Positions 44,315-52,418 of a DNA stretch of 64,000 bases are shown here, piece after piece (the first letter of the stretch is position 1; each line of letters begins with the position of its first letter). The notes beneath the pieces are model-generated. The model had not been told where the DNA came from. It did no database searches and saw only the letters and a program-made list of their open reading frames with translations. The position numbers were made by a program, and so were the translations under genes. The DNA comes from Dehalococcoidia bacterium (GTDB lineage Bacteria > Chloroflexota > Dehalococcoidia > Lucifugimonadales > Australimonadaceae): positions 903,263 to 967,262 of the forward strand of contig CBDEVR010000002.1 of NCBI GenBank assembly GCA_965243745.1, given 5' to 3'.

Positions 44315-44849
44315 TGGATGCCTCGCTGAACATCGCAAGCATCTCACGCTGTATCTCGGTGAGTGGGAAGGAGGGATTGCGCCGCGGGTAGATCTCAGCA
44401 GCATCCCAGAATTCACGTCTGACGCTAGTGGCAATGCCAATCTTGGAGGTGAGTCCCCTTATGAGAGAAGCTGTCTCAAACAGGTAGACCGCTTCGATGA
44501 CCCAAGGGCGGGTCTTACCGCGAGATGACACTGCCGCACTCCTCGGTCCTGTAAGCACGAGGTAATATTCCGGCGCACCATCAATGGCTATGTCCAACAC
44601 TCCTTCATTCTTTGGGTAATACTTGATGTTCACTGTCGCCCCAGAGAGCCGACCGCCTGCGAAGCACCCGTCGCTACCCTTCTGTACGGCTGAGGCATGC
44701 AGTTCGACGCCGTATATCTCCGCACCCACGAAATCTCCAAAGTGGCCTGGAATCGTGGGGCGGCCAATCACCTCAGCGATCTTGCCGTCGGCATAGTTCT
44801 TCTGCTGTACAAGTTCGGCGAGACGTTGCATCTGTTCCAAGTTGCTCAT
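44307..44849 (-). CDS. Hypothetical protein, compositionally foreign (~50% GC)
   Basis: 180 aa from MSNLEQMQRLAELVQQKNYADGKIAEVIGRPTIPGHFGDFVGAEIYGVELHASAVQKGSDG...VNIKYYPKNEG... SD GGAGG. Start overlaps the mug stop (ATGA) and the end overlaps the thpR start. Confidence 0.65.
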   Translation of the reverse strand: MSNLEQMQRLAELVQQKNYADGKIAEVIGRPTIPGHFGDFVGAEIYGVELHASAVQKGSDGCFAGGRLSGATVNIKYYPKNEGVLDIAIDGAPEYYLVLTGPRSAAVSSRGKTRPWVIEAVYLFETASLIRGLTSKIGIATSVRREFWDAAEIYPRRNPSFPLTEIQREMLAMFSEASIG

Positions 44850-45412
44850 ACTGCCTCCCCGCGTTCCGTCCTGGCGCGTTCGATCAGGTCGGCGAGGCGG
44901 CGGTACCAGCCCGCGATGTCGTCCAGGGAGTAGGAGGCGTTCGCCGGGCTGGGGTTCGGCGCGACGAACACACGGCTGTCCCCGAGCCACTCCGGCTGCT
45001 CGCCGAGCGCAACGTCGTCCTGTTTGCGTCCCTCCGCGTACTGCAGGAACCACTTGTAGCCGGTGATGCCGTTGAAGCAGACGACGAGCGGTGACGCCTC
45101 CAGCAGCTTCTCCCGCGTCAGCGGCGCCCAGGCGCGGAAGTCGGCGGCGCGCAGGCTGGACGCGCTGTTGCTCGCGCGCTTGACCACGTCCGTGAAGCCG
45201 ACTGCGCGATGCTCGAACAGCCACGCCTCATCGCCGGGACCGAGCTCATAGCCATCTGTGACGCCGGAGCGGTTGAGCGCGCCCCAGAACCGGTTCTGGG
45301 GCGTCGCGAAGTACTTGCCCACCGACGCCGAGTACGCGCCGGGGTTGATGCCGACGAACACGAGGTCGAGTCCGGGACGCAGGTAGTCCGGCAGCGTCGG
45401 CGCGTCAGTCAT
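44846..45412 (-). CDS. mug: G/U mismatch-specific uracil-DNA glycosylase (family 2 UDG, Mug-like)
   Basis: MTDAPTLPDYLRPGLDLVFVGINPGAYSA...YFATPQNRFW...VGFTDVVKRA...VAPNPSPANA (GINPG and NPSxxN Mug motifs). Confidence 0.85.
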   Translation of the reverse strand: MTDAPTLPDYLRPGLDLVFVGINPGAYSASVGKYFATPQNRFWGALNRSGVTDGYELGPGDEAWLFEHRAVGFTDVVKRASNSASSLRAADFRAWAPLTREKLLEASPLVVCFNGITGYKWFLQYAEGRKQDDVALGEQPEWLGDSRVFVAPNPSPANASYSLDDIAGWYRRLADLIERARTERGEAV

Positions 45413-46286
45413 CGGCGAGCCCCAGCAAACGCGCGGCGTTGCCGCCGAGAACGGCCTGCGCCGTCGCGGGGTCGAGCGTGCTGCGAGCCTGCTCCGCGAC
45501 ACGCGACGCGCTCAGCAGCGGATAGTCCGAGCCGAACAGCACGTGGTCCGCTCCCACGGTGCGCACGGCGACGTCGAACACGCGCGCGTCGTAGAGGAAG
45601 GGCGTCGCCGCGCTGTCGAAGTATGCGTTCGCGAGCGCCTCTTTCACCTCCGGCATGAGCGCGTAGAACGGCAGCCCGCCGCCCCAGTGTGCGAACACCC
45701 AGCGCACGTCCGGGAACCGCTGCGCCGCCGCGAGCAGCCGCTCCGGCGTCGTCGAACCCTTGCCCGGGTAGGCGTGGCCGACCGGCTCCGAGCCATGGAC
45801 GGCGACAAGCAAGCCGCGCTCCAACGCGAGATGCGCCAGCGGCGCGAACGACTCGTCCGACGCGAGGTCTATCTCCTGCGAGGTGGGGTGCAGTTCGCCG
45901 ATGCCGACCGCGCCCGCGTGCGCGCAGCGCTCCACCTCGCGCAGGGCGTCGTCGCCCCAGCCGGGATGTACGGAGCAGAACGCGGCGATGCGCCCCGGAT
46001 ACCGCGTCGCGGCGTCCAGCAGGCAGTCGTTCGCCTCGCGCGCGACCTCGCGGTCGCACCAGCCGTAGCCGAGCACGACGGAGCGGTCGATGCCGTCCTC
46101 GTCCATCGCCGCGATGAGATCCTCTGCCGTGGCCATCCTGCCCCCATTGCCGAAGAGCGCGGCGAACGTGGCGTCGCGCGCCGCTATCTCCGAGCGCCGT
46201 TCATGGAAGGAGGCAGGCAGCAGGTGCGTGTGGAAGTCAACGATCACGAGGCCCCTCGCGCCGGTCGTCTGCTGCCATAGGGTCAT
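45405..46286 (-). CDS. Amidohydrolase-family metal-dependent hydrolase
   Basis: MTLWQQTTGARGLVIVDFHTHLLP... ...VLFGSDYPLL... ATG 46286 lies in frame in the track ORF. 8 nt overlap with the mug start. Confidence 0.8.
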   Translation of the reverse strand: MTLWQQTTGARGLVIVDFHTHLLPASFHERRSEIAARDATFAALFGNGGRMATAEDLIAAMDEDGIDRSVVLGYGWCDREVAREANDCLLDAATRYPGRIAAFCSVHPGWGDDALREVERCAHAGAVGIGELHPTSQEIDLASDESFAPLAHLALERGLLVAVHGSEPVGHAYPGKGSTTPERLLAAAQRFPDVRWVFAHWGGGLPFYALMPEVKEALANAYFDSAATPFLYDARVFDVAVRTVGADHVLFGSDYPLLSASRVAEQARSTLDPATAQAVLGGNAARLLGLADD

Positions 46287-46288
46287 CT

Positions 46289-46420
46289 GAACAAGCGCAC
46301 GTCCCCTGAGAGATGCTTCGACTCCGCTGCGCTTCATTCAGCATGACAATACTCCACCCGCCTCCACACCCCTTGTGCGCTGCCCGCGCACCCTGGATTC
46401 CCGCCGGTGCGGGAATGACG
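46289..46420. repeat. REP-like array (D + B units)
   Basis: AACAAGCGCAC...CCCTGAGAGATGCTTCGACTCCGCTGCGCTTCATTCAGCATGACAA then ...GTGCGCTGCCCGCGCACCCTGGATTCCCGC-cggt-GCGGGAATGACGG (stem 46398-46404/46409-46415). Confidence 0.9.
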
Positions 46421-46447
46421 GACATGGCTGACATACCTGGTCTGTGC

Positions 46448-46762
46448 CTAGTTCTCGGAGCCGGGCTCCTCGCCCTCCTCGTACGCGCTGCCGGAGAAGA
46501 CACCGACCTCCCGGCCCTGGTGGACGTGCACGACGAAGTCTTCCCGTTCGAGGCCGATGGCGTCCAGCAGCTCGTCGTCGAGGTCGGCGATGAGGTCCTG
46601 TATCTCGTCGGTGGTGTAGCGCTCGGAGACGCACAACGTGGCGTGGATGATGCGCCCGTAGAAGTGCACGTCGAAGCGTCCCTGGGGCTGCGGCTGGTCG
46701 TCCTCGTAGAGCGTGTACACCTCAGAGAACGGCGTACGGCACTCGCGTTCGAAGCGGATCAT
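46448..46762 (-). CDS. Hypothetical small acidic protein
   Basis: 104 aa: MIRFERECRTPFSEVYTLYEDDQPQP...EEGEEPGSEN. Directly downstream of proA on the same strand. No recognisable family. Confidence 0.5.
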   Translation of the reverse strand: MIRFERECRTPFSEVYTLYEDDQPQPQGRFDVHFYGRIIHATLCVSERYTTDEIQDLIADLDDELLDAIGLEREDFVVHVHQGREVGVFSGSAYEEGEEPGSEN

Positions 46763-46810
46763 GGGTTCTCCTTTGACTCGGGTGCGCCTTGTGTGGGAAG
46801 GAAGCGCTGC

Positions 46811-48091
46811 TCAGGGGCGGACCTGTCCGTCGCCCAGCGCTATCCACTTGTAGCTTGTCAACTCGCGCAGGCCCATCGGCCCCCGCGCGTGCAGTTTGTT
46901 CGTACTGATCGCGACCTCGGACCCCAGCCCGAGCTGTGCTCCGTCGTTGAAGCGGGTGCTCGCGTTCACGAGCACGACCGACGCCTCCACCGCGTCGGTG
47001 AAGCGCATCGCGGCGCTGTAGTCCTCCGTCACGATGGCCTCGGTGTGCCCGGAGCCGAACTCGTCGATGTGCCCCAGCGCATCGTCCAGGGAGTCCACCA
47101 CCTTCACCGACATCGTGAGCGAGAGGAACTCCTGTCCGAAGTCGTCCGGCTCCGCGGCCCGCACCTGCGCCTCGTCCACCGGCCCGATGAGCGACAGCGC
47201 GCGCTGGTCGCATCGCAGCTCGACGCCCGCCTCCGTGAGGCGGGACGCGGCGCCGGGCAGCAACGACGGCGCGGCGGCGGCGTGCACGAGCAACGTGTCC
47301 AGCGCGTTGCACACGTCCGGCCTCTGCGTCTTGGCGTTGTAGATGATGCCGGATGCCTTCTCGATGTCCGCGCCGGCGTCCACGTAGACGTGGACGACCC
47401 CGACGCCGCCGGTGATTGCGGGGACGGTCGCGTTGTCGCGCACGTACCTGATGAGCGCGTCGCCACCGCGCGGGATGAACAGGTCCAGGTAGTCGTTGAG
47501 CCGGATCATCTGGTCGACGATGGCCCGATCCGTGTCGGTGACGAACTGCACTGCCTCCGGCACGGCGTCCGCAGCCTCCAGCGCGTCCTTCACCAGCGCA
47601 GCGACAGCCGTGTTGGTGTGGACCGCCTCCTTGCCGCCGCGCAGCACGACCGCGTTGCCGGACTTCAGGCAGAGCGAGACGATGTCCGTCGTCACGTTCG
47701 GACGGGCCTCGTACACGCAGCCGATGACGCCCAGCGGCACCCTGCGCCGCTCCACGCGTATCCCGTTCGGCAGCGTGCGGGAGTCGAAGCGCTCCCCCAC
47801 CGGGTCGGGCAGCAGCGCGACGGCGCGCACGTCGTTCGCCATGCCACTCACGCGCTGCTCGTTCAGCAGCAGCCGCCCCATCAGCGCCTCGCTCAGGCCG
47901 GCCTCACGCCCGGCCTCGAGGTCGCGCGCATTCGCCTCCAGGACGGCAGGACAGTTCGCTTCGAGGGCGTCGGCGATGGCGCGCAGCGCGGCGTTCTTCT
48001 GCTCGGTGGAGAGCATGCGCACACGCTTGGACGCCTCTCGCGCAGCCTGCGCTTTCGCGATGAGTTCAGCGGTTGCAGTCCCGGTTGCCAT
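46811..48091 (-). CDS. proA: Gamma-glutamyl phosphate reductase (glutamate-5-semialdehyde dehydrogenase)
   Basis: 426 aa: ...LLNEQRVSGMANDVRAVA...GVIGCVYEARPNVT...NAKTQRPDVCNALDTLLVH...NASTRFNDGAQLGLGSEVAISTNKLHARGPMGL. Confidence 0.95.
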   Translation of the reverse strand: MATGTATAELIAKAQAAREASKRVRMLSTEQKNAALRAIADALEANCPAVLEANARDLEAGREAGLSEALMGRLLLNEQRVSGMANDVRAVALLPDPVGERFDSRTLPNGIRVERRRVPLGVIGCVYEARPNVTTDIVSLCLKSGNAVVLRGGKEAVHTNTAVAALVKDALEAADAVPEAVQFVTDTDRAIVDQMIRLNDYLDLFIPRGGDALIRYVRDNATVPAITGGVGVVHVYVDAGADIEKASGIIYNAKTQRPDVCNALDTLLVHAAAAPSLLPGAASRLTEAGVELRCDQRALSLIGPVDEAQVRAAEPDDFGQEFLSLTMSVKVVDSLDDALGHIDEFGSGHTEAIVTEDYSAAMRFTDAVEASVVLVNASTRFNDGAQLGLGSEVAISTNKLHARGPMGLRELTSYKWIALGDGQVRP

Positions 48092-48109
48092 GCTTGTCTC
48101 CCCTCGCGC

Positions 48110-49279
48110 TCAGACGACGACCATATTGTTGCGGTGCACGGCTTCGTCGCCGTTGTGATGCCCGAGCAGTGCCATGATGCGGTCAGAGCGTTCACCTGCG
48201 ATCTTCCGCATCTCCGACGAGTCGTAGTTCGCTATCCCGTAGGCGAGGCGCGAGCCACTCTCCGAGCACACCTCCACCACGTCGCCCCGCACGAACCGTC
48301 CGTTCACCTCGCGTATGCCCGCGGGCAGCAGGCTGCGCGACTGCTCGCGGAGCGCGCGCACCGCGCCGTCGTCCACCACCAGCCCTGCATCCTTCTTCGT
48401 CATGCCGCTCAGCAGCCAGCGTTTCCTGCTCTCGACAACGGACCCCCTCGCGGGGAAGAACGTGCCGTTGGTCAACACACCGCCCGCCGCATCCCGTATG
48501 ACGGTCAGGTCTCCACCGAGGCCGAACATCACCGCGACGCCGATGCCGGTGGCATGCTGGGCCGCCTGGAGTTTCGAGGCCATCCCCCCGCGCGTTGCAG
48601 TGCTGGTATGCACCTCCGCCAGGGACATGATCGCGTCGTTTATCTCGTCTACCCGGGAGATCAGCTCCGCCGCGGGGTCGCGGTTCGGGTCGGCGGTGAA
48701 CAGCCCGCCGGTGTCCGTCAGCATCAGCAGCAGGTCGGCGTCTATGACGTTCGCCACGATGGCAGAGAGCGTGTCGTTGTCGCCGAAGCGCTGGCCGTTG
48801 ATCTCCTTCGTGTCGACCACGTCGTTCTCGTTCACGATGGGCACGACGCCGCGCTCCAGCAGCCCGTTGAGGGTGTTGCGGACGTTGAGGTAGCCCACGC
48901 GGTCGTCCACGTCCCGTGCGATGAGCAGCGTCTGTGCGACGACGATACCTCGCCGGGAGAAGAGCTCCTGGTAGGCGTGCATGAGGCGGCTCTGGCCGAT
49001 GGCCGCGAGCATCTGGCTCGCAGCGACGCTCTTGCCCTGCACGACGCCGGGAGCAGCCTCGTGTCCCGCCGCGATGGCGCCGGAGGTGACGAGCACGACC
49101 TGCGCGCCCATCTCCACGACATCCGCGATCTGGCCGACCAGCGACTCCATGACAGAGCGGTCCAGGTGGGCGGTCTTGCGGGTGAGCACGTTCGTGCCCG
49201 CCTTGACCACGATCCGGCGGTAGCGCAACTGGGCGCCGCCCTGCTCGCCGGTGTCCGATTGTGCCGTCCGGAGTGCCAT
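48110..49279 (-). CDS. proB: Glutamate 5-kinase with C-terminal PUA domain
   Basis: 389 aa: RIVVKAGTNVLT...VVLVTSGAIAAG...VPIVNENDVV...FGDNDTLSA...GGMASKLQAA.. plus the PUA region. Confidence 0.95.
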   Translation of the reverse strand: MALRTAQSDTGEQGGAQLRYRRIVVKAGTNVLTRKTAHLDRSVMESLVGQIADVVEMGAQVVLVTSGAIAAGHEAAPGVVQGKSVAASQMLAAIGQSRLMHAYQELFSRRGIVVAQTLLIARDVDDRVGYLNVRNTLNGLLERGVVPIVNENDVVDTKEINGQRFGDNDTLSAIVANVIDADLLLMLTDTGGLFTADPNRDPAAELISRVDEINDAIMSLAEVHTSTATRGGMASKLQAAQHATGIGVAVMFGLGGDLTVIRDAAGGVLTNGTFFPARGSVVESRKRWLLSGMTKKDAGLVVDDGAVRALREQSRSLLPAGIREVNGRFVRGDVVEVCSESGSRLAYGIANYDSSEMRKIAGERSDRIMALLGHHNGDEAVHRNNMVVV

Positions 49280-49377
49280 GCTGCGTTCCGATGCCGCGCC
49301 GGGGCCGACCTCGCCTTACGAGTCACGCGTACGAGCATTGTACAGTATGCCTCTGCTCCGTCAGGCAGAGAGAGGCC

Positions 49378-49734
49378 CTACCTGACTCCCAGCGTCAGCT
49401 CAAGCAGCAGGCACGGCTCGCCCCACTGCTCCGCGTCGTCGAGCGACCACCCCGCTGACGAGCCGGACGGGCGCAGGCGCAGCCCCTCATCGCCGCCGTA
49501 CACCAGCACCACGACGCCGTCGCCGGAGTCCGACACCTTCGCCGCCATCGCGGGGACCGGTTCGCCACCCGACCAGCCGACCACGTCGCACGGGCCTTCC
49601 CAGCCGTCCGGGCGGAACGCGGACTCGACCCACGTGACTTCGTACGGCGACTCCAGCGCCTCGAACATGCGTGTGACGGAGAGGTCGCAGTTCTCCCCGG
49701 CCTCCACGTCCACCTCGACGTACTCCATGCGCAC
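49378..49734 (-). CDS. Hypothetical small acidic protein
   Basis: 118 aa: MRMEYVEVDVEAGENCDLSVTRMFEALESPYEVTWVESAF... Lies between the HIBADH-like gene and proB. No recognisable family. Confidence 0.45.
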   Translation of the reverse strand: MRMEYVEVDVEAGENCDLSVTRMFEALESPYEVTWVESAFRPDGWEGPCDVVGWSGGEPVPAMAAKVSDSGDGVVVLVYGGDEGLRLRPSGSSAGWSLDDAEQWGEPCLLLELTLGVR

Positions 49735-49747
49735 AGTCTATCGAGAA

Positions 49748-51031
49748 CTACGCGTAGAGCGCATACGCAGCCGACGACGGCTCGCTCCCCAGCCCCCGCT
49801 CCGACGCCCTGCGCCATAGCGACGCCGACGCCTCGTGCAGCGGCATGCGCAGCCCTTCGCCCCGCCACTCTTCCAGCAGGGGCCCATAGCAGGCGGCGTA
49901 AGCGTCTACCGGCTGCTCCTCGCCGTCAGCAGCCCCGCCGAGGAGAGTCGCACCGGTGCGCTCCAGCTGCGCCGACGCCCCGGACGCCGTCCGCATCACC
50001 TCGTACATGGCCGGGGCGTCCATGCCAAGATCCCTGGTCAGCGCGAACGCCTCGAACACGCCCACCTGATACATGGCCGCCGTTGCGGTGCTGAGCGCTT
50101 CGTACGCGCCGTCCGGTGGAGTGATCTCCGCATCGCGCGGCAGCAACTCTCCCGCAACCTCGACGCCCGCGATGGGCTCCAGCGCCTTGATGGCCTCCGG
50201 CGGGTCGGCGCCTCCCAGTCCCTGTTCGGCGGCGTACAGCCACGAGCCGCGCGCAGCGTTCCTGAGTGGCAGCTCCAGCCCTGCCTGCCCGATCATCCAC
50301 TCCATGAGGCCCTGATCCTTGATGTTCGTTGAGATGTATGACGTCTGCTCGAACGACCGGTCGAGTACCTTCGGCAGGGCGCGCTCAAGCTGACGGCTCG
50401 CAGACGCGCCATTGCGCATCACGTGGAAGAGCAGCCCGCAGTCCAGTCCCTTCTTCGCCGCGAGCACGAACGTCTCCAGTACGCCCAGCTGGTTGATGTC
50501 CTTCACCATGTTGTTGACCAGTTTGGCCATGTTGCCGCTGCCGACCGGCCCCATGAACCGCGCGTTCGCCGACACCGCATCCAGCGCGGGACGGGTGCGT
50601 TCGAATGCGGCAGCGTCTCCGCCCACCATCACCGTCAGCCTGCCGCCCCACGCAACGTCGCCCGTTCCCGATACCGGCGCGTCGAGGTAGGTCACGCCCC
50701 GCTCAGCACAGACCTCCTCCATCCGCCGCGCGAACTCCGGGTGCACCGTCGAGTGGTCGAGCACGATGGCGCCCGGCTCCGCTCCGGCCAGCACGCCGTT
50801 CTCGCCGCACAGCACCGACTCCACGACCGCGTCGCCGACGAGGCACAGTCCCACGACCTCCGCGCCACGCGCCGCAGCCGCTGGCGACCCTCCGGGTGTC
50901 GCGCCCATCCCGGCGAGCTCCTGCACCTTGCCCTGGCTGCGGTTGACGACCGTAACGTTGTGTCCAGCCTTGAGCAGGTTCACTGCCATCGGCTTGCCCA
51001 TCATGCCGAGCCCCACGAACCCGATATCCAT
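49748..51031 (-). CDS. 3-hydroxyisobutyrate/6-phosphogluconate-dehydrogenase-family NAD(P) oxidoreductase with duplicated C-terminal helical domain
   Basis: MDIGFVGLGMMGKPMAVNLLKAGH (Rossmann) ...GSGNMAKLVNNM... The extra ~135 aa tail repeats the helical domain (VLETFVLAAKKGLDCGLLFHVMRNGASASRQLER vs VFEAFALTRDLGMDAPAMYEVMRTASGASAQLER). Confidence 0.85.
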   Translation of the reverse strand: MDIGFVGLGMMGKPMAVNLLKAGHNVTVVNRSQGKVQELAGMGATPGGSPAAAARGAEVVGLCLVGDAVVESVLCGENGVLAGAEPGAIVLDHSTVHPEFARRMEEVCAERGVTYLDAPVSGTGDVAWGGRLTVMVGGDAAAFERTRPALDAVSANARFMGPVGSGNMAKLVNNMVKDINQLGVLETFVLAAKKGLDCGLLFHVMRNGASASRQLERALPKVLDRSFEQTSYISTNIKDQGLMEWMIGQAGLELPLRNAARGSWLYAAEQGLGGADPPEAIKALEPIAGVEVAGELLPRDAEITPPDGAYEALSTATAAMYQVGVFEAFALTRDLGMDAPAMYEVMRTASGASAQLERTGATLLGGAADGEEQPVDAYAACYGPLLEEWRGEGLRMPLHEASASLWRRASERGLGSEPSSAAYALYA

Positions 51032-51053
51032 CCTGCCCTCCCAGGGCTATGTG

Positions 51054-52277
51054 CTAGTAGTCGAAGCGCACGGCGTAGAGGTCTTCTATCCGTCCGTCGT
51101 CCGTGAACCGCCAGACGCCGATATGGCCGCGCCTCAAGTCGCCGTTGTCGTCCCAGTCCATCGTCGTGGCGGCCCCTTCGTAGTCCACCGCTCCGCCTTC
51201 GCCAAGGATGCGGAGCGCCTCCGCAACTCCCGCAGCCGTCGGCGCTGTCACTGTACCCGGCCCGCTACCGACGCTGCGCAGCCGATCGCGGATGGCAGTT
51301 CCATCGACGCTTCCCGCGGACTGCGCCGCCAGTGCGAGCGCGATCGTGGCGTCGTACGTCTCCCGCACATAGGCGTACTCAGGCGGGTTGCCATACTCCG
51401 CAACGAACGCTGCGTCCCAAGCGGCTGCGGCTGCGCTCTCCGGCGCAGCCACGCCTGCCGTGCCGTACGCGCCCGCAAGAGCGCCACCGACGGCGGCGCC
51501 CAGGGCGGGACTCTTCAAAGCGTCACCCAACACGAACCGGCTGTACAGGCCGCTCTCGACAGCCTCCCCGATAGCCACCGCCGCCTCCACCTCGAACGTG
51601 AGAACGACGAGCGCTTCGGCGCCCCCGCTCGCCGTCTCCCGCAACTCGGGGAGGTACGTCGTCTGCCCCGGCGAGAGGACGGCGGCCCGCAGCGGTCCGG
51701 TCCACGCCGCGGCGAACGATTCGTAGATGCCGCGCCCCCAGGCGTCATCGCGGTAGACGAGGCCGACGTTCGTGAAACCGAGGTCACGTGTCACCTGCGC
51801 AAGCACGGGCCCGCGCGCGCTGTCGGACAGGGCAGTGCGGAAGAAGAAGTCGTTGTCCGCCACGTTCGTGAGCAGCGGAGAGCTGGCCGACGGACTGATG
51901 ACGGGTATGCCCGCCGGACCGGCTACCTGTTCGACAACGGGCAGCGAGTTTGCGCTGGAGTTGGGTCCGACGAGGGCGTGGATGCCGTCTTCCTCGATCA
52001 TGCGCCGGGCCTCTTCCACTGCAACCTGGGGATCGCGCGTGGAGTCCCTCGTCACCGTCTCTACGAGGCGTCCGAGCACTCCCCCGGCGGCGTTGATGTG
52101 CTTCACGGCGAGATCGAACGCCCGTTCCCGGTCGCGCGCCTTCTCTGTCGAGCCCTCGCTGAAGTCCAGCAGGAGACCGATCTTGAGCGACTGTGGATCG
52201 TCGCTGCAGGCCACAACCGACCCCAGCAGAAGCGCACAGGCCAGTACGGCTCGGACGGTTGACGTGAACGTAGCCAT
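51054..52277 (-). CDS. ABC transporter substrate-binding lipoprotein (Leu/Ile/Val-binding protein family)
   Basis: MATFTSTVRAVLACALLLGSVVAC (lipobox), then a type-I periplasmic binding fold (...IGLLLDFSEG...HINAAGGVLG...). ATG 52277 lies in frame in the track ORF. Confidence 0.82.
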   Translation of the reverse strand: MATFTSTVRAVLACALLLGSVVACSDDPQSLKIGLLLDFSEGSTEKARDRERAFDLAVKHINAAGGVLGRLVETVTRDSTRDPQVAVEEARRMIEEDGIHALVGPNSSANSLPVVEQVAGPAGIPVISPSASSPLLTNVADNDFFFRTALSDSARGPVLAQVTRDLGFTNVGLVYRDDAWGRGIYESFAAAWTGPLRAAVLSPGQTTYLPELRETASGGAEALVVLTFEVEAAVAIGEAVESGLYSRFVLGDALKSPALGAAVGGALAGAYGTAGVAAPESAAAAAWDAAFVAEYGNPPEYAYVRETYDATIALALAAQSAGSVDGTAIRDRLRSVGSGPGTVTAPTAAGVAEALRILGEGGAVDYEGAATTMDWDDNGDLRRGHIGVWRFTDDGRIEDLYAVRFDY

Positions 52278-52418
52278 GCCACCTCGGAAACAGTTCTCGG
52301 CCATAGTTCCCGCGAGTATAGCAATCCACGTTGCTCCCACGGCCTGCGCATCCATCCGCTATCATCCGTGGGAGCGTCAGGCGCAGTACCTCACCGGCGC
52401 AACTCGGAGGAGCAACAG

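Noticed and set aside
34941-46420. Possibility that the interspersed repeats form a CRISPR array
   Set aside because: There are multiple unrelated unit families, the spacing is irregular, the units are themselves palindromic and scattered among genes, there is no constant repeat/spacer periodicity, and no cas genes are present.
46313-49819. 1168 aa ORF on the plus strand, the longest in the track
   Set aside because: It lies exactly antisense to clearly recognisable proA and proB and two small ORFs. The sequence is low-complexity Arg/Gly/Ala/His-rich, typical of stop-free shadow frames in ~68% GC DNA, and there is no SD or family resemblance.
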